Origin: Raillietiella orientalis
Taxonomy: Eukaryota
Assembly (NCBI GenBank): GCA_036172245.1
Contig: JAYWIR010000023.1
Coordinates: 1,922,001-1,986,000 of the forward strand
DNA length: 64,000 nt
Reading direction: 5' to 3'
Shown: piece after piece, positions 23,608-35,901 of the stretch
How the letters are laid out: the number at the start of each line of letters is the position of its first letter
Numbering within the stretch: the stretch's first letter is position 1
Translations under genes and position numbers: made by a program
Notes under the pieces: generated by a model
What the model was told of the DNA's origin: nothing
What the model saw: only the letters and a program-made list of their open reading frames with translations
The model's database searches: none

Positions 23608-24974
23608 TATAATCGAACTACAAGTTCCCCAATGCATTCGCAGGATGCTTTAGGTTTTCAGTTTTCTTCACCATTACCTAAAAAGAGAAAGAATAAAGGT
23701 AAGTCCAGCAGTCTGTAATAAGCAAATATTTTCGAAACTTAAAGATTCAGACGTAAAAGAACATCATAATTTCTCTGTGTAAACCGCGAAGTATTTGAAC
23801 ATTTTCATCAGCTTAAGTCATTTTTTCATAAAACTGCAAATTCCAGGATTACCTTCAAATTGATTACGGGGATGCTATACAACACACAAAGGACAGCCAT
23901 CCACTGCAAGACACACTCCATGACTAACTGCTGCGCCGCGTGTGAACGGAGGAAGTGGAACATGAGCTACGTAGACCAATCCAGTATCGTTCGCGATGTT
24001 GCCAAAGTCAGAGGAATTTTCATCAACACATAACAAAAGATCGAACAAAAACTTGGACGTTGTCATTAATCCTGGTTATTTGTTACACAATAAGCATCAT
24101 CAATTATAGCTTTAATCACAAAACTTCAAAATAATTGCATAAAAGGAAGTACTTTACCTATTTATTGCTAAGTAATAATGATCTGACTTCAGTTACTTTT
24201 ACCTGTTCTCACTCTTTGTTTTGCTTTATAACCTATGAAGTCAAAATAATGAACAATGGTAGTAAATAAATGGCGTTTTTTCTTCATTAAGGGCCGAATT
24301 CCATCCGTCTACATGCTTCATCATAAATATGATTTTCCATGTTGATTTCTTATTGATCTTTTAATTTCTGTTATTGAACTTAAGGTATTCATTGATGAGA
24401 AACGTTTGAATTTTAGGATTTTGTAAGAAAAATTTGATTGAATAAAACATCATCGCATTCTGCTATCCGAAAGAAAGTATTTCATGGCTCCTGTACCTCT
24501 TGATAGAGAATGACATGGATGATCTTACGATAAAAAAATACATCTTTTATTCATTTTTGTTTCCACTTTTTCTTAAACTTTTAATTTGTTTAAATACTTT
24601 GCACACGATTGGTTAGAATCGATAGGAATATCTTTTGTTGTTGCTAATTTTCTTTCAGAATGCCTTTTGCAGACTGATTCCGAGGAAAATTTGTCTTACT
24701 GCTAATTCTCTTACTCTTTATTTCATCGGAAATCATAGCTCGATATTCTCTAAACATTTATTTATTTTTTATTGAAAAACCGGAAATTACCTGTAATTCC
24801 TGGAGACTACTTGCATGGTCTCTTTTTCAGATTATATTTCATTTCGTATTCTGATAAAAAGCTCGAGGAAGCATCCAATGTTTCCGTTGCTGTGGGATGC
24901 TGTGTTTATGCTGTGGGATGATATGATAAAAATAAGGAAAATTTTCCACTTGCATGAAATGCTGAGGCACAATC

Positions 24975-25098
24975 TTTCATAATAAATAACCTCGCAAACC
25001 TCATTCCATCCATCCCCATCATAATCCTAGAAATTACCATAGTCCTCATCCAAGCTTACATTTTCACTACACTAACATCATTATACACAAACAAGTAA
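24975..25098 (+). pseudogene. atp6: NUMT: 3' end of mitochondrial ATP synthase subunit 6
   Basis: The invertebrate mitochondrial code gives IPIMILEITMVLIQAYIFTTLTSLYTNK* (TAA 25096-25098), matching the conserved ATP6 C-terminus LE..VA.IQ.YVF..L..LY. Strongly C/A-rich, G-poor strand. Confidence 0.9.
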
Positions 25099-25103
25099 CC
25101 ACA

Positions 25104-25417
25104 ATAACAAATCAACCCTTCTTTCTACATCCCTACAGACCCTGACCCATCCTCACCTCTCTTTCACTCCCATCAATAACCCTATCCCTAACATGCCTCA
25201 TACACAACATCTACTCACCTCTCACCCTATGCATTACAACAACAATCTTAAATAGACTCCTCTGGGAAAAAGATATAAAGCGAGAATCCTCATTTATCGG
25301 TATCCTCCCAATAAAAATAATAAAAACATTTTAATTTGCAATAATCACATTTATTATCTCAGAATTTTTCTATTTATTTCCTTCTTTTGATCATTCTTCC
25401 ATGCTAGATTAGCTAAT
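25104..25417 (+). pseudogene. cox3: NUMT: 5' part of mitochondrial cytochrome c oxidase subunit 3
   Basis: From ATA 25104: MTNQPFFLHPYSPWPILTS...LLWEKDMKRESSFIG...FAMITFIISEF/LFISFFWSFFHASL (AGA=Ser, TGA=Trp). It follows atp6 in the standard gene order. Disabled by TAA at 25332-25334 and a 1-nt deletion near 25370. Confidence 0.92.
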
Positions 25418-26599
25418 GTTGGAAGAAGACACGAATATTGTTCTATGATAATAACAATTTTAAATCATATCAGTTGGAGCAATTCTTTTTCTAGTCTTTG
25501 GTCATTCTTGTTGTACACTCCTCACCTGAGATTGTTCCTAGGGTAGAATGTGTATCGAAAAATATTTAAATATATGGAAGAAAAGCAAAAGGAAGATTTT
25601 CCACTTGTATCCTAGGTGCACTTCTAGAAATGCAATTCCTTCTTAAGGAGAGTTGAAAGATGGAGTCTTTTCTTTTCTGATGGAGGGATGCGATAAGGAA
25701 AAGTATGAAAATAAGCTTAGAGTGATAAGAATGGAAGTTCTAAGAAAAACTCTCAAGTGTTTTTATCACTTCATTAGTTTTCATAAACGCCGGGGAGTTT
25801 TGATGTGCCGGAGAAATATCAAAAGAGCATAAATAAAAAGAATAAAAGATAGTGATTTTGAGAATACCTTTGAAACAAAGGAAAAATGAAACATTCAATT
25901 GTCATTCATGATAAAACCTTCGATAATGCTTCCTAATGGTAGCCATTAGGATTGCCAAAAATATTCAAAATACTGAAGAAGGAAGGATAAGGAATTTGCG
26001 AACCCAATAAGAAATCGATAGAGAAAATGTCTTAACATACAAAGTCAATGAAAGACTCGGCATACTGCAAGTTACTTGCATTATTACTTGCATCAATGGT
26101 AGAGTTTATGACTGGCAGCAATGCAATCAGCATCCTTGTCTTAGTGTGTGATGTATGGGTATTTTAGATCGTAAAATCGTATGTATCGTGAATGGAGAAA
26201 GTTACGGTTTGGTTATTAAAAACTGAAGGTATTCAAAGGAAACAGAAATCATAGTAATGGGGATTAATTAATTTTGTCTTTTTTGCCATTGTCTCTTTGC
26301 TATTCTCTGGAAATTCTCTTTTGGGTTTGTGAAACAGGATAAATCATCGAAGGAGTAGGCGTGGCAATCACCAAGGCTACCAAATAAATGGTGAAGTAAA
26401 CTTCGGTCATTAAGATTCATCCAGATGTGGATTTAGGTTGTTAAAGCAAATGGAAGGTTTGGAAGAGGAATCAGTGAATAAAGTTGAATATGAGAATGAA
26501 AGTTGATTTTGTGTTGTGAGATTACTTATGCATTTATTTTAGATCTCCGTGAGTTCTTGTTTGTTGTGTTTAGTACCGAAAGTGAGATCGTCTCGTGTT

Positions 26600-27450
26600 C
26601 GATATCGTTGCCTGTAACGTGCATTACTGTCTTCCATACAGAACATTTTACTTAAAATATAGGTTTGACCAATCCTTTGCTTGGTTCTTGGGAGTAGGCG
26701 GAAGGTTTGAAAACATGTACCCAGTTTAAGGTCTAGTAAACCATAAAATGTAGGTTTTCCAATGAAGTTCTAGTTGATTTCAAGCAAATATGTTGGAAAT
26801 AGTTGATGAAACTCTGTTTGCACAACTCTTACTATTCCTGTACTTTGAAATTGTTTAGGTGTTTTAATCATTTATTTTTTGTTTACAGGAATTTTGTGTT
26901 TTGGTAATAAGTGATGGATTTCATGCACCTCATTGAATTCATGAAGTTGTGCTTTGTGTTTAGGTTTTACTTAATGTGAAATCAAAGTATGTTTTGTGCT
27001 TGAGTATGGTTTTTTTTGATTTGTGAACTACTTTTGAACCCCATATGTATTACTGAAATTGTTCTGCATGTTCCAATATTGTGTGATTCATCTTATATCT
27101 TATGTAGTCACAAGTGATTGGTTGCAACTTAAAGGTTATTGAAAGTCTTCAAAGTACATACACTGCTACTTGTACATACACTGCTCTTGATGTACTTGAT
27201 GACTAAAATGTTTTGGTCAGCAATGCAGTCATTTGCTTTTCTTTGTGCACTTTGATTCTTTGTTGATAATCAAAAGATGTTCAGGACATGGTTTTGTCTA
27301 CTCAAGTTTGTAATAGATAGACAGGTAAGTTTTTGAAAAAAGGTAATAAGTGCAGAAGTAGAGATTTGGCTGATTACAACAGAGCTGGATTGTGAGGACA
27401 ATATGAATTCTGTGTACACAGAGCCATCTGAGAGCAGTTTAGCCAAAAGG
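26600..27450 (-). mobile_element. very degenerate AT-rich LINE RT remnant
   Basis: SQSSSVVISQ (PQGSvlSP-like, ~27365-27400), CIADQNIL (YADD-like, ~27205-27230) and YKMNHTILEHAEQFQ.YMG (Y.i....le.v..fkyLG, ~27040-27100), in the expected order. Confidence 0.45.
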
Positions 27451-30400
27451 GAAGTAATAAGAAGAGAGGCTTCAGAAACTGATTGGAATGAAAATAGCAT
27501 GTGAGAACAGATTAGGATCAGAGTATTGTTACTCTGATTGGAAAATGAAGAAAAGCTTAATGATGCAGGTATTCTTGGATTGCTCTGAATGAGTAGCTGG
27601 ACTTGAAATACCATTCTTGGAATACCGTCTTCTAGAAGTCCATGTTGTTACTGTCATAAATACTTTGTCATTTGTTTATGAGTGCAGTGAGGTTGATCCT
27701 TAAATTTCATTTGTTCCAAAAGACAAAGGAACTTCTGTACCAGAGTCACAATTGAAAGCAACAGCTATGGGATGACCATATCATTGGGAAAAAAAAGAAA
27801 AAAAAATCCACAGAGAAGACTAACAGGACCAGACATAGTTTAGAACGGAAAAGTTTTGTGATACAGCAGATTTTATGGAGATCCTGACATTGTTGAGAAA
27901 GACTAATTAGTAAACCATCAGAGGTAGATAAAAGGACAAACAGTTTTCCCCAAAAGATCCTGAAGATAGGTTTTGAATCAAGAGCAGAAAATTTTGACAT
28001 TCTTGGTGTAACATAAATTTTCAGCAAACATTCCATTTTCAATATTTCATGTCTTTGACAGCTAAAACTAAGAAGGGTGAAGGGAAAAGTCTTTGTGAAA
28101 GAAATCTTCAAAAGAAACTGTTAGGGAGATTGTTACCCCAGATTTCCGAATAAGTAAAACTACTGAAACAGAATGGTTGAGTAAACAAAAACAAAATTTC
28201 GCATTACACATGAAGGGAATGGAACCATTGTTCCATTCATCGAATAAAATCATGATCAAATGGTAGTGTAAAACCAAAACTCGTTATTTGTCAGGAAACC
28301 ATGCCCCATAGGACAAGTGATTCAAATTTTCTTGATATTCACTATTTGATATCACGAAAACGCTAAATTGATTTTATAAAGTTCATCTTGAAGCGTGGCT
28401 GCTTCTGGATAACACCATTCTATGTCCATCGTCTCCGGTTTGTATTATCTGGGAAATATTTCTGCTTTAGCGCGCTGCCCCTTCGAAACATGTGAAGGTG
28501 GCTGAGGGTGTTGGGTAGTTGATGTCTTCCATGCGACTTGATTTGGGAATTGTAGCGTGTTCAGCTGTCATCCTTTTTGCTGGCGCACATCCCAGTTGGC
28601 CCATGTGCTATCTGCGTTCTCCTGTTTCCGGATTCTGTTTCACGCTCAGTTCGGGACTGCTCATCGGCTCTCCGTTCTCAGGCAGCTGTTCTTCATCCTC
28701 AACATCAACCTCAGTCATCTTGAGTGGAGAAAGCGTTGCTGGGGCATATAGATCGTCATCGTCTTGACGACCCTGGGCTCAGAGTAAATCCATTTTTAAC
28801 CTCAGAGCGGTGCAGCTGGGACTGGAAGTGTCTGTTATAAGAGTTTGTGTGTCGATCTTCTCGAAAAATCTAGGGACTCCTGAATTCTGCCCTGCTACAG
28901 GAATTTCGGGAAGATCGATTTGATGTATATCCACAGAGCCCTGGAAGTCACCGATCCCACGTGGAAACGTTGGCAGTTAGTGGATCGGATAACTTGAAGA
29001 CGGAGATAGAGAATTCATTACAACGAATCGACTTTCCAACAACAGTTTTGGAAAATTCTCTAAAAGTTTTCCGTTTCATCAGGCTAATCATGTTTTAAGT
29101 GTAGAATCTAGATTTGAGGAATTGTGCAAAACACTGACCAATTTTATTTTTTTTTAAGAAAAAAGCTTGTGATAGATTTTGGTGTCAGTTGGGATTATTC
29201 ACGAAGGGAGGCGAAATTCCGAATTTCTAGGTTTTCAATTAATAGCATGAATTTTTTCTAAAAGCGAGTTGATCATACAAAGGGAGAAAGCATGCTTCGA
29301 AATTCGAAGGTAAGCAGAAAGCTTAATATCTGATAACTTCCTGGTGCAATTAAAGCTTGCTTAGGTGATCCAGAAAATCCATGTGCTTCACAATATGTGA
29401 AGGGATGTTGAAAAGAGTGACGTAACGCCGTCATTTTCTCACCGCGATTGTGCTATAAGCTTACTCTGGCAGGCTATCAGTCGATCATTACAATTTCATT
29501 ACTATTAACAGTTTATAAATGCAGTGATACTTCACTCGATTATAGATTCAGTGTTACTTTCTAACTAGTTATGGAGAATGTGAGATGTCTAAGATCAAGG
29601 ATGTTTTATGTTGATCTCAGAGACATACCATGATCCGAAGATAAATGAAGACACGAAGAGAAGCTGAATATTTAAAAATTAGCAACTTCTATTCGTTTTT
29701 AGAATCCAGCATATATCTGTGAATTGTTATTTTCCTAAAATATTGTTAATGGATATTTCTCCATGGCTAGCATTAGCTGGAAGGCACTGATCTCCCTTGG
29801 CGGTTTTTCATGAAGAGTAATGAACGAAACCACTTCTCTTCGTTTCTTAATATTTGAGTATATTTTATCCACACTACCGATATGTTTTCTCAAGATTTCG
29901 ATTTTGTTGCGAATACCTTTTATTGCAGTTTGCTGCTTTATTTGTAGTTCAATGACGTAATCACAGAAAAGTCTAGCCGATCACCTGTGCTCTCACCTCT
30001 TAAAGCATCTGTTTGTCAGGCGATATTTACCTTAGATCTCTCTTGTTTAAGCAAAACAGGAAGATGACTCATGCTCCATGATTTTTCCCAAATCTCTCCA
30101 CTTCTGATTGATTTTACGTCGACTTGAGGTTTTTGTCTAGGTTTTTCATCAACTGGATCTCCGGATATCGATGTGAATGTATTTCCTCCTAAAATCAATT
30201 TCTGTAGGCAATCTCAGTTCTATGGGGACCACCACTGCGTTTCCAGTTCTAAAATTAATGATAGCCATCCTGTATCTTCATGTAACAGTGGCTAATTACT
30301 GATTTCATAACAACTTGCTGAATTAACCAAAACGGTATTGTAGTTGGTAGGCAAATTTTTACAAAACGTAAAGCCACTTACCATTTTGTTATGGGTGAAA

Positions 30401-32853
30401 TGACTTCTTCCAAGACTCAGATTTACAAACATCATGGTGGCTCCTGAAACTACTTGAATTTCGTTAAAAAATGCATTCCAGCGACTGCATCCTAGCATAT
30501 AATTCTCATGCATTGATATCGAAATGAATTCGTAATACTCATTTCTTGAGTATCAGGACTTTAAGGGGTGAAAGTTGCTAAATTAGCAGGATTTTGCCCT
30601 TTTGAACATAGCAGGAAAAAATCCTCATCACTCAGTAACTGAAACAAAGGATGCAATAACGTTAAATGAAACGCCGAAAAACGTACTTTGGGGATAAGTG
30701 TACGCCTACCTGTATTCGATACGACAAACAAACGTGCGTCGATAGCATACATGTACACATTGCATTATGCTGTATGAAACTAGATATGGCAAATGAACTC
30801 TTCCCAATGCAATGGAAGTGGTACTTCCGCTTGTTTCGGAAACGATAGCAGCATGCCGAGAATTTCCTTAAAATGCTGCTGTGCAGAATGACAAATGCAT
30901 TTTATTGGCTGTTGGGATTTCTCGTTCCGTTATCTCTGACAGATGGTTCAAACCACAAAGTTTCGTCTAATTTTATTACGATATTATTACTAATTGTCCA
31001 TCCTACTTTTCTACTTTTGTGTTTCGTAATATTCATTTTCTGTCATGCTTTCGCCTGGTTCTGGATTTCATGTCTACCTTACCTTCCTGGTTTCCAAAGG
31101 AAGGAATGACATGGAATGACAGATCGGTTCCACGTCAATCCTTGCACTGTTAGATACAAATTCAAGTTTTCCATCCTGCTGCTTGATTTTCTTGCCAGAA
31201 ACCAGCGAACCACGTACCTGGAAACCAGCCTCAACACAAATACAGTCTTTTTTTACCGACTTGTAAGCAAATATATCGCAAACTAATGCCTCCGGGTCAA
31301 AGAAATTTAATCAGAAAAGTTCTGCGCGACAACAACTTTTTAACGTTTTTTCCTCTGCTCATGGTAATGCAGTTTAGGAAGGCCGAGCCGAGGGTGTGAT
31401 CTGCACTTCTCTCACCAAGGTGGAAGTGGGCGTGTTTAACTTGTAAGATTGGTCGCTTCCGAACCTTCCTGTTATCTCTGGAACTGTGACTCTCGGCTGA
31501 TGCTGAGTGAAACTTCAAGGCATTCAGAAGTATGTGAACTCCCAATCGTATTGGGCAAATTAATCAGTTAGTAAACATTAAATGGGGATTAGGCTTCTTC
31601 TAATCTGATAGCTGATGAGTACGTGATTCTCTAGAAAGAAGTCTTTTCAATGGTCTTCTTGTATCCAATGATGAATGTTTCAGTGGGAAATTTAGCCCCA
31701 ATCGGTGGAAAATCAGTGGGATAAAGTAGACGATATTGTGGTGGTCTTCCCCTTACACCATACCTTTGAGGATTCCGTCCGCACTGAAGGTCAGCGTGGA
31801 AATTTTGCATTGCATCTTGGTAAAAAGAAGCAGGGTTGATCTCTCTAGATGAATTCTACATCTAAACCGAAGCGCCATCCAATCCGCAGTTTTTTTTGTT
31901 TTTCTCTCAGCTACACTTCTTGGTCTTGCACATTTCTCGGCACCAGGACCTCAATACCATTCTGATTATTCATTCCTTCGAAACCTGCAGCGAAACGGGG
32001 AATGCCCATTCCGAACGAAAAGAGAACTACGACGGCACGAGGCCCCAATGACATTTGGATCCAGATCTTCGACCTAGGTTTTTCATTGAAAATCTTGATC
32101 GGGGAAGCCTTTCTCAAGGCAGTGGGTAGGAGGGCATAACGGGTGAAGTTCTCATAACGGTAAAATAGCTTCAAGGGCAGAGAGAAGAGTCTGTTCAACC
32201 TCCACGAGATGGAAGAGTTTGCTTCACAGCTAGATCTCACGCCTACGAAGCGAGCGAAAACAGTTTAGGGTCTCAACGGTCCATGCTGATCCCACGTCAT
32301 GCTAACCAGATAAACCGACTCAACAGAGAGCGGAGCTGACCACATGACCACTTCCAACACAACACGCGCTTCACTTCCCAGGTTGTCCAGGTGACCTTTC
32401 TTCGTGTCACCACTGTCAGTAACGCGTCTCTTCCACAATTTTAGGACTCTGGCGCGTTCGATGTTGCTTCATGTGCTCTTTAGTGCTCATGAAGTGCTAT
32501 GGAGCTGAAAGGGACCAACAGCCTGGTCTTTCTAATGTATTGACGAAATTTGTGTTTTGCCCTCGAGTGGTACAGTGTGCGAAGTACTATCATCTTGAGG
32601 CAAGCATCTCTGAAAGGAACAGCGTGATGGCATTTTTTTTTAGAGTTGCGACTGATTTTGCCCCTTGGTCATTTTCGCTCATTCCCGATTCTAGAGGTAA
32701 CTCGGTGGTGTTTGTCTTTCGAAAGGGACGTCGCGTCCCAATCGCAGCTCTTCGCTTTGTTTGTCTCGACGTTCAGGATTGGATATTTCCCTACTTGAAA
32801 TATCATAAAATGTATTGATTTCTATGGATGAAGCGTCCTATTGAGATGACCTC

Positions 32854-32889
32854 ACTTACCCCTTCTGTCTTACTTACCCCTTCTGTCTT
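32854..32889. repeat. perfect 18-bp tandem duplication
   Basis: ACTTACCCCTTCTGTCTT x2. Confidence 0.9.
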
Positions 32890-33249
32890 CTCTGGGACAG
32901 ACACACGGCCACCATCTTCAGAAATCTGTTGACATCGAATGGGAACACGATGCTTCCAGATCCTCAATTCTCAATTTCGTTTATAACTGTTATGTTTGCT
33001 TTATAAAATAATCTTTTCGGCTGCTCACATTTCCGGACAGCAGATCCGTGCTCCATTCTTGTCTAAGAGTGTGGTACATTGAAAAGAAGAAAAAAGAATT
33101 CTTGCTACAATTACATAACTTAAGTACGTGTTCGTCTTCCGGTAATTTATTGTTTTTCTTGATGAAAGAGGTTTCAGAGGCTGAACTTCATTTTCGTCCG
33201 TAGCAGGACTAGGCAATGGGAGCGACCATTCTTGTTCCCAAGTAGATTC

Positions 33250-34000
33250 AAAAAACGAAGCTGTCTGTCTTTTCACTCTCGGTGCTCCCTCATTCATCAG
33301 TTTGGAAATCAAAAAGTCACTCCGTTCCTGGATGTCATGGAATATTCCTTCAAATAGTCAAGCAGTGCGGTAACTTTCGCAAACTCATCTTGAAAACGAG
33401 AATGGTTTAGTGTCCACCGAGATCATTGATTTGATAAGGGTGCAAGCAGTTTTAGAATAACGTCAGAGATCTGGTGATATCGAGATGATTCAGCGGTTTT
33501 AACGGGAATGCCAATCAGGTGTACTTGTTCTAGGACTGTAGGAGTTTCTTGTAAAGGGAAGCACACTCGATCGCTAAGGTTCACCGGAGAGTATCGTTCT
33601 CCAGTAGCCTTTGAGTGCAAATGATGGAATCGCTTCTGATGGAATAATGAAACTCCATCCTGCAAAAGTGGAACCGATGGGTTTCCGATGCCGAATGTCA
33701 AATTGCAAGAACTGTTACACATAAGAGGGTCTAAGTACTTGGAGAAACGCTGCAAACATTGTTCTCCATTTTTCGAGGAATACCTCCTCGTTAGTAGTGT
33801 GCTGAAGGTAAATTTCTGAAAAAGCACCGACAGACATTTACGTGGGAATGTGGTTCTCCCCAGCTTCTTGAAAATATGAGTCGCGTTCCATTAGGCACAA
33901 ATTCTACTGATCACACGAATTTGCCCATAGGTTTCCGTTTTCCAAGACACTTTTTGGAAATGTCTTAGAGAGCAGAACCAATTATCGAGCCATTATCGAG
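33250..34000 (+). mobile_element. degenerate L1/Tx1-like RT fragment
   Basis: ISLEIKKSLRSWMSWN (islD.eKAFD.v.W, ~33296-33345), GVSCKGKHTRSLRF (GvrQG.plS..LF, ~33541) and SSVLKVNF*KS (sglkvN..Ks, ~33794). Confidence 0.5.
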
Positions 34001-34356
34001 CTTTTACTCAGTCTGTAGACCACTGATAATTCAAAACGAAACAAAACTGCATCCGTGTTCACCTTTCCTATAATCCCTTCCCTTTGTTCGAAACACCTTG
34101 GAGCCTCGAAGAGATCATAAATCCGGAACATGGGTACAGAAACGAGTACATTCGAAAGTCATATCCGGAACCTGTAATCAAATCATGTCATGTGTAGCAT
34201 CAGATTTCATTTCCAGATAGTTGATGAAGATCGTTCTCAAGATCAACTCGAGATCGTTCTCTTCTGAAAATGTCTTGCTGAATATGAATGCAGCCCTTTT
34301 CCTTCTTGAGACAACTCAATCACGACGACCATCTGGGTTGATCTTTCTTGACTTCC

Positions 34357-34392
34357 TATAAGATGAGGAATCTTCGATATTCAGAAATCATT
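34357..34392 (+). promoter_or_regulatory. putative TATA + Inr core promoter of cystatin-like gene 1
   Basis: TATAAGA at 34357, with TCAG (34381) and TCATT (34388) Inr-like sites 26-33 nt downstream; ATG at 34424. Confidence 0.45.
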
Positions 34393-34423
34393 GCTTGCGA
34401 TATCGCACAAGGCAAAAGTCAGT

Positions 34424-35901
34424 ATGTCAAACATCTTTGTGCTTCTATCTGTGCTTGCTATTGCTGCATCGCAACCCGTCACTCAGGTACGTTTTTTTCC
34501 TTCTAGAAGTGAATTAAATGTGATTAGGCTGTGTTTGCACAGCACCTGGGAGCCATGATTTTCTCTTTCTCGGAACTCACCATGTTGCCCTTGCGGGCAA
34601 TCCCCTGACCCTTTTCATGCCCTTGAATATCCATCAAAGAAATTTCGCCTTAGCGGAACAAAACTTAATGATGATAATGATTAGAGAAAATAAGTTAGTG
34701 AAACACTTTTTCCACATTAGCGAAATCCGTGATCAAGTTAACAAAGCTGTCTTAGGAATAATCAATTGTGATACTCCTTAGCATTTTATTTCAATTCTCC
34801 TCGCACTGTAGGTAAACAGAGAACCAATGTTGTCCGGGATTCGAAATTTCTTCAGTGATTGGTCTCGTGGGTAACCACGAAACTGGTCAACTTCTGTTGG
34901 ATATTGTTCAGATTTTTAGAACTACTTTTACTGATTGTCTGGCAATTCGAGCTTGATCTTCGTCTGGTACCTGTCTTCAGTTTTGCGAAACACCAAAGAG
35001 GTGCGAAGAACTTTTCCAGTGATTCGCAGCAAAGATACCGAAACACCTCGTCTCTAGCCGCTACTGCTACCGTCTTTTCTCCTTTAGAACGACATTTGCT
35101 TCCAAAATATGGAGAAGATAAACATTTTGCGTAACCCATCCAAAGATGTTTTGATGGATCTGCACAGAATAGAACGAATGTCTCCATCCGCATAGTGCAT
35201 TCGTTCAGTTAATTGAGGATGAACACCCTTGGACACGGTCGAAACTTTTCGAGTTTGTTTCTAATTTTTCAACACACTCTTTAGAAAATATGAAGCTCAC
35301 CTAGATTAGGTTACATTTTTCTTGGGCTCCAATGTATTCAGTACTACCATTGTGCGTGTTTTTTGATGTAGTATACGTTTGATGGAATGCTGCCAAATTC
35401 GTGTCGAAATTTATTAAATATCAATCATAAAAGTCACCCAGTCTGAAGTTGAATCTGTAGTTCGCACAGGGTTCCCACTTCTAGAAATTCTTTACTCTCT
35501 CAACAAAGGTATTTGATTGCTGCTACGCTTTGCAGACTCTCAAATTGATTCCCGGAATCAAAGATCAAAAGAACGACTGAATGTCAATGACAACGTAATG
35601 CCCATTTCAGAGAAACACATCGTCTGACGAGGAGAACTCTGCAGATCACGATGCGGCCAAGAAGGTACTTTCGACTGTTCAAAGTTCTTTGCCTCCAGAA
35701 GTCCGGGACTGCCAGCTTACCAAGATCGATGACTTAATTAAGAACTCACAATCTCTTGCACCGCAAATAGAGATATTGCACATGAAGCCTACTTATACGT
35801 GCTCTGATGGAAAATCTGTCAAGTGCCACTTTCGCGTCCAGCACGACGTCTCTAAAGATGCTTCACAGCTGACTTACAGTCGCTGTGATGCCAACGTTTA
35901 A
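34424..35901 (+). CDS. secreted small protein, predicted non-canonical cystatin-like fold, paralog 1 (exons 34424-34486 and 35611-35901; 117 aa)
   Basis: Exon 1 MSNIFVLLSVLAIAASQPVTQ (signal peptide) ends CAG|GTACGT. Acceptor CCCATTTCAG|, phase 0. Exon 2 reads RNTSSDEENS...AAKKVLSTVQSSLPPEVRDC...KPTYTC...KCHFRVQHDVSKDASQLTYSRCDANV*. AATAAA at 35987-35992. Clear paralog at 38147-38830. Extra small exons in the intron cannot be excluded. Confidence 0.85.

Larger units (their letters stand above)
23658..26063 (-). pseudogene. multi-exon putative secreted-protein gene or pseudogene with micro-exons (possibly a distant cystatin-like family member)
   Basis: AG/GT-bounded exons at 25537-25526 (12 nt), 24889-24791 (99 nt), 24232-24203 (30 nt), 24071-23853 (219 nt) and 23677-23658, all joined in phase 1. 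They read GTISATETLDASSSFLSEYEMKYNLKKRPCK*SPGITGYKAKQRVRTGLMTTSKFLFDLLLC...CPLCVV*HPRNQFEGNGEEN(TGA). In-frame TAG at 24809-24807 and 23877-23875. Candidate 5' exons 26063-26041 and 25972-25918 give a signal peptide only after removing two single bases (lower confidence). Confidence 0.55.

Noticed and set aside
23853..23921. MECVLQWMAVLCVLYSIPVINLK as a signal-peptide exon for the DUF4789 gene
   Set aside because: Splicing is formally possible, but the segment is better explained as part of the 219-nt phase-1 exon with its own terminal exon and poly(A) signal. DUF4789 already has a hydrophobic leader. Not fully excluded.
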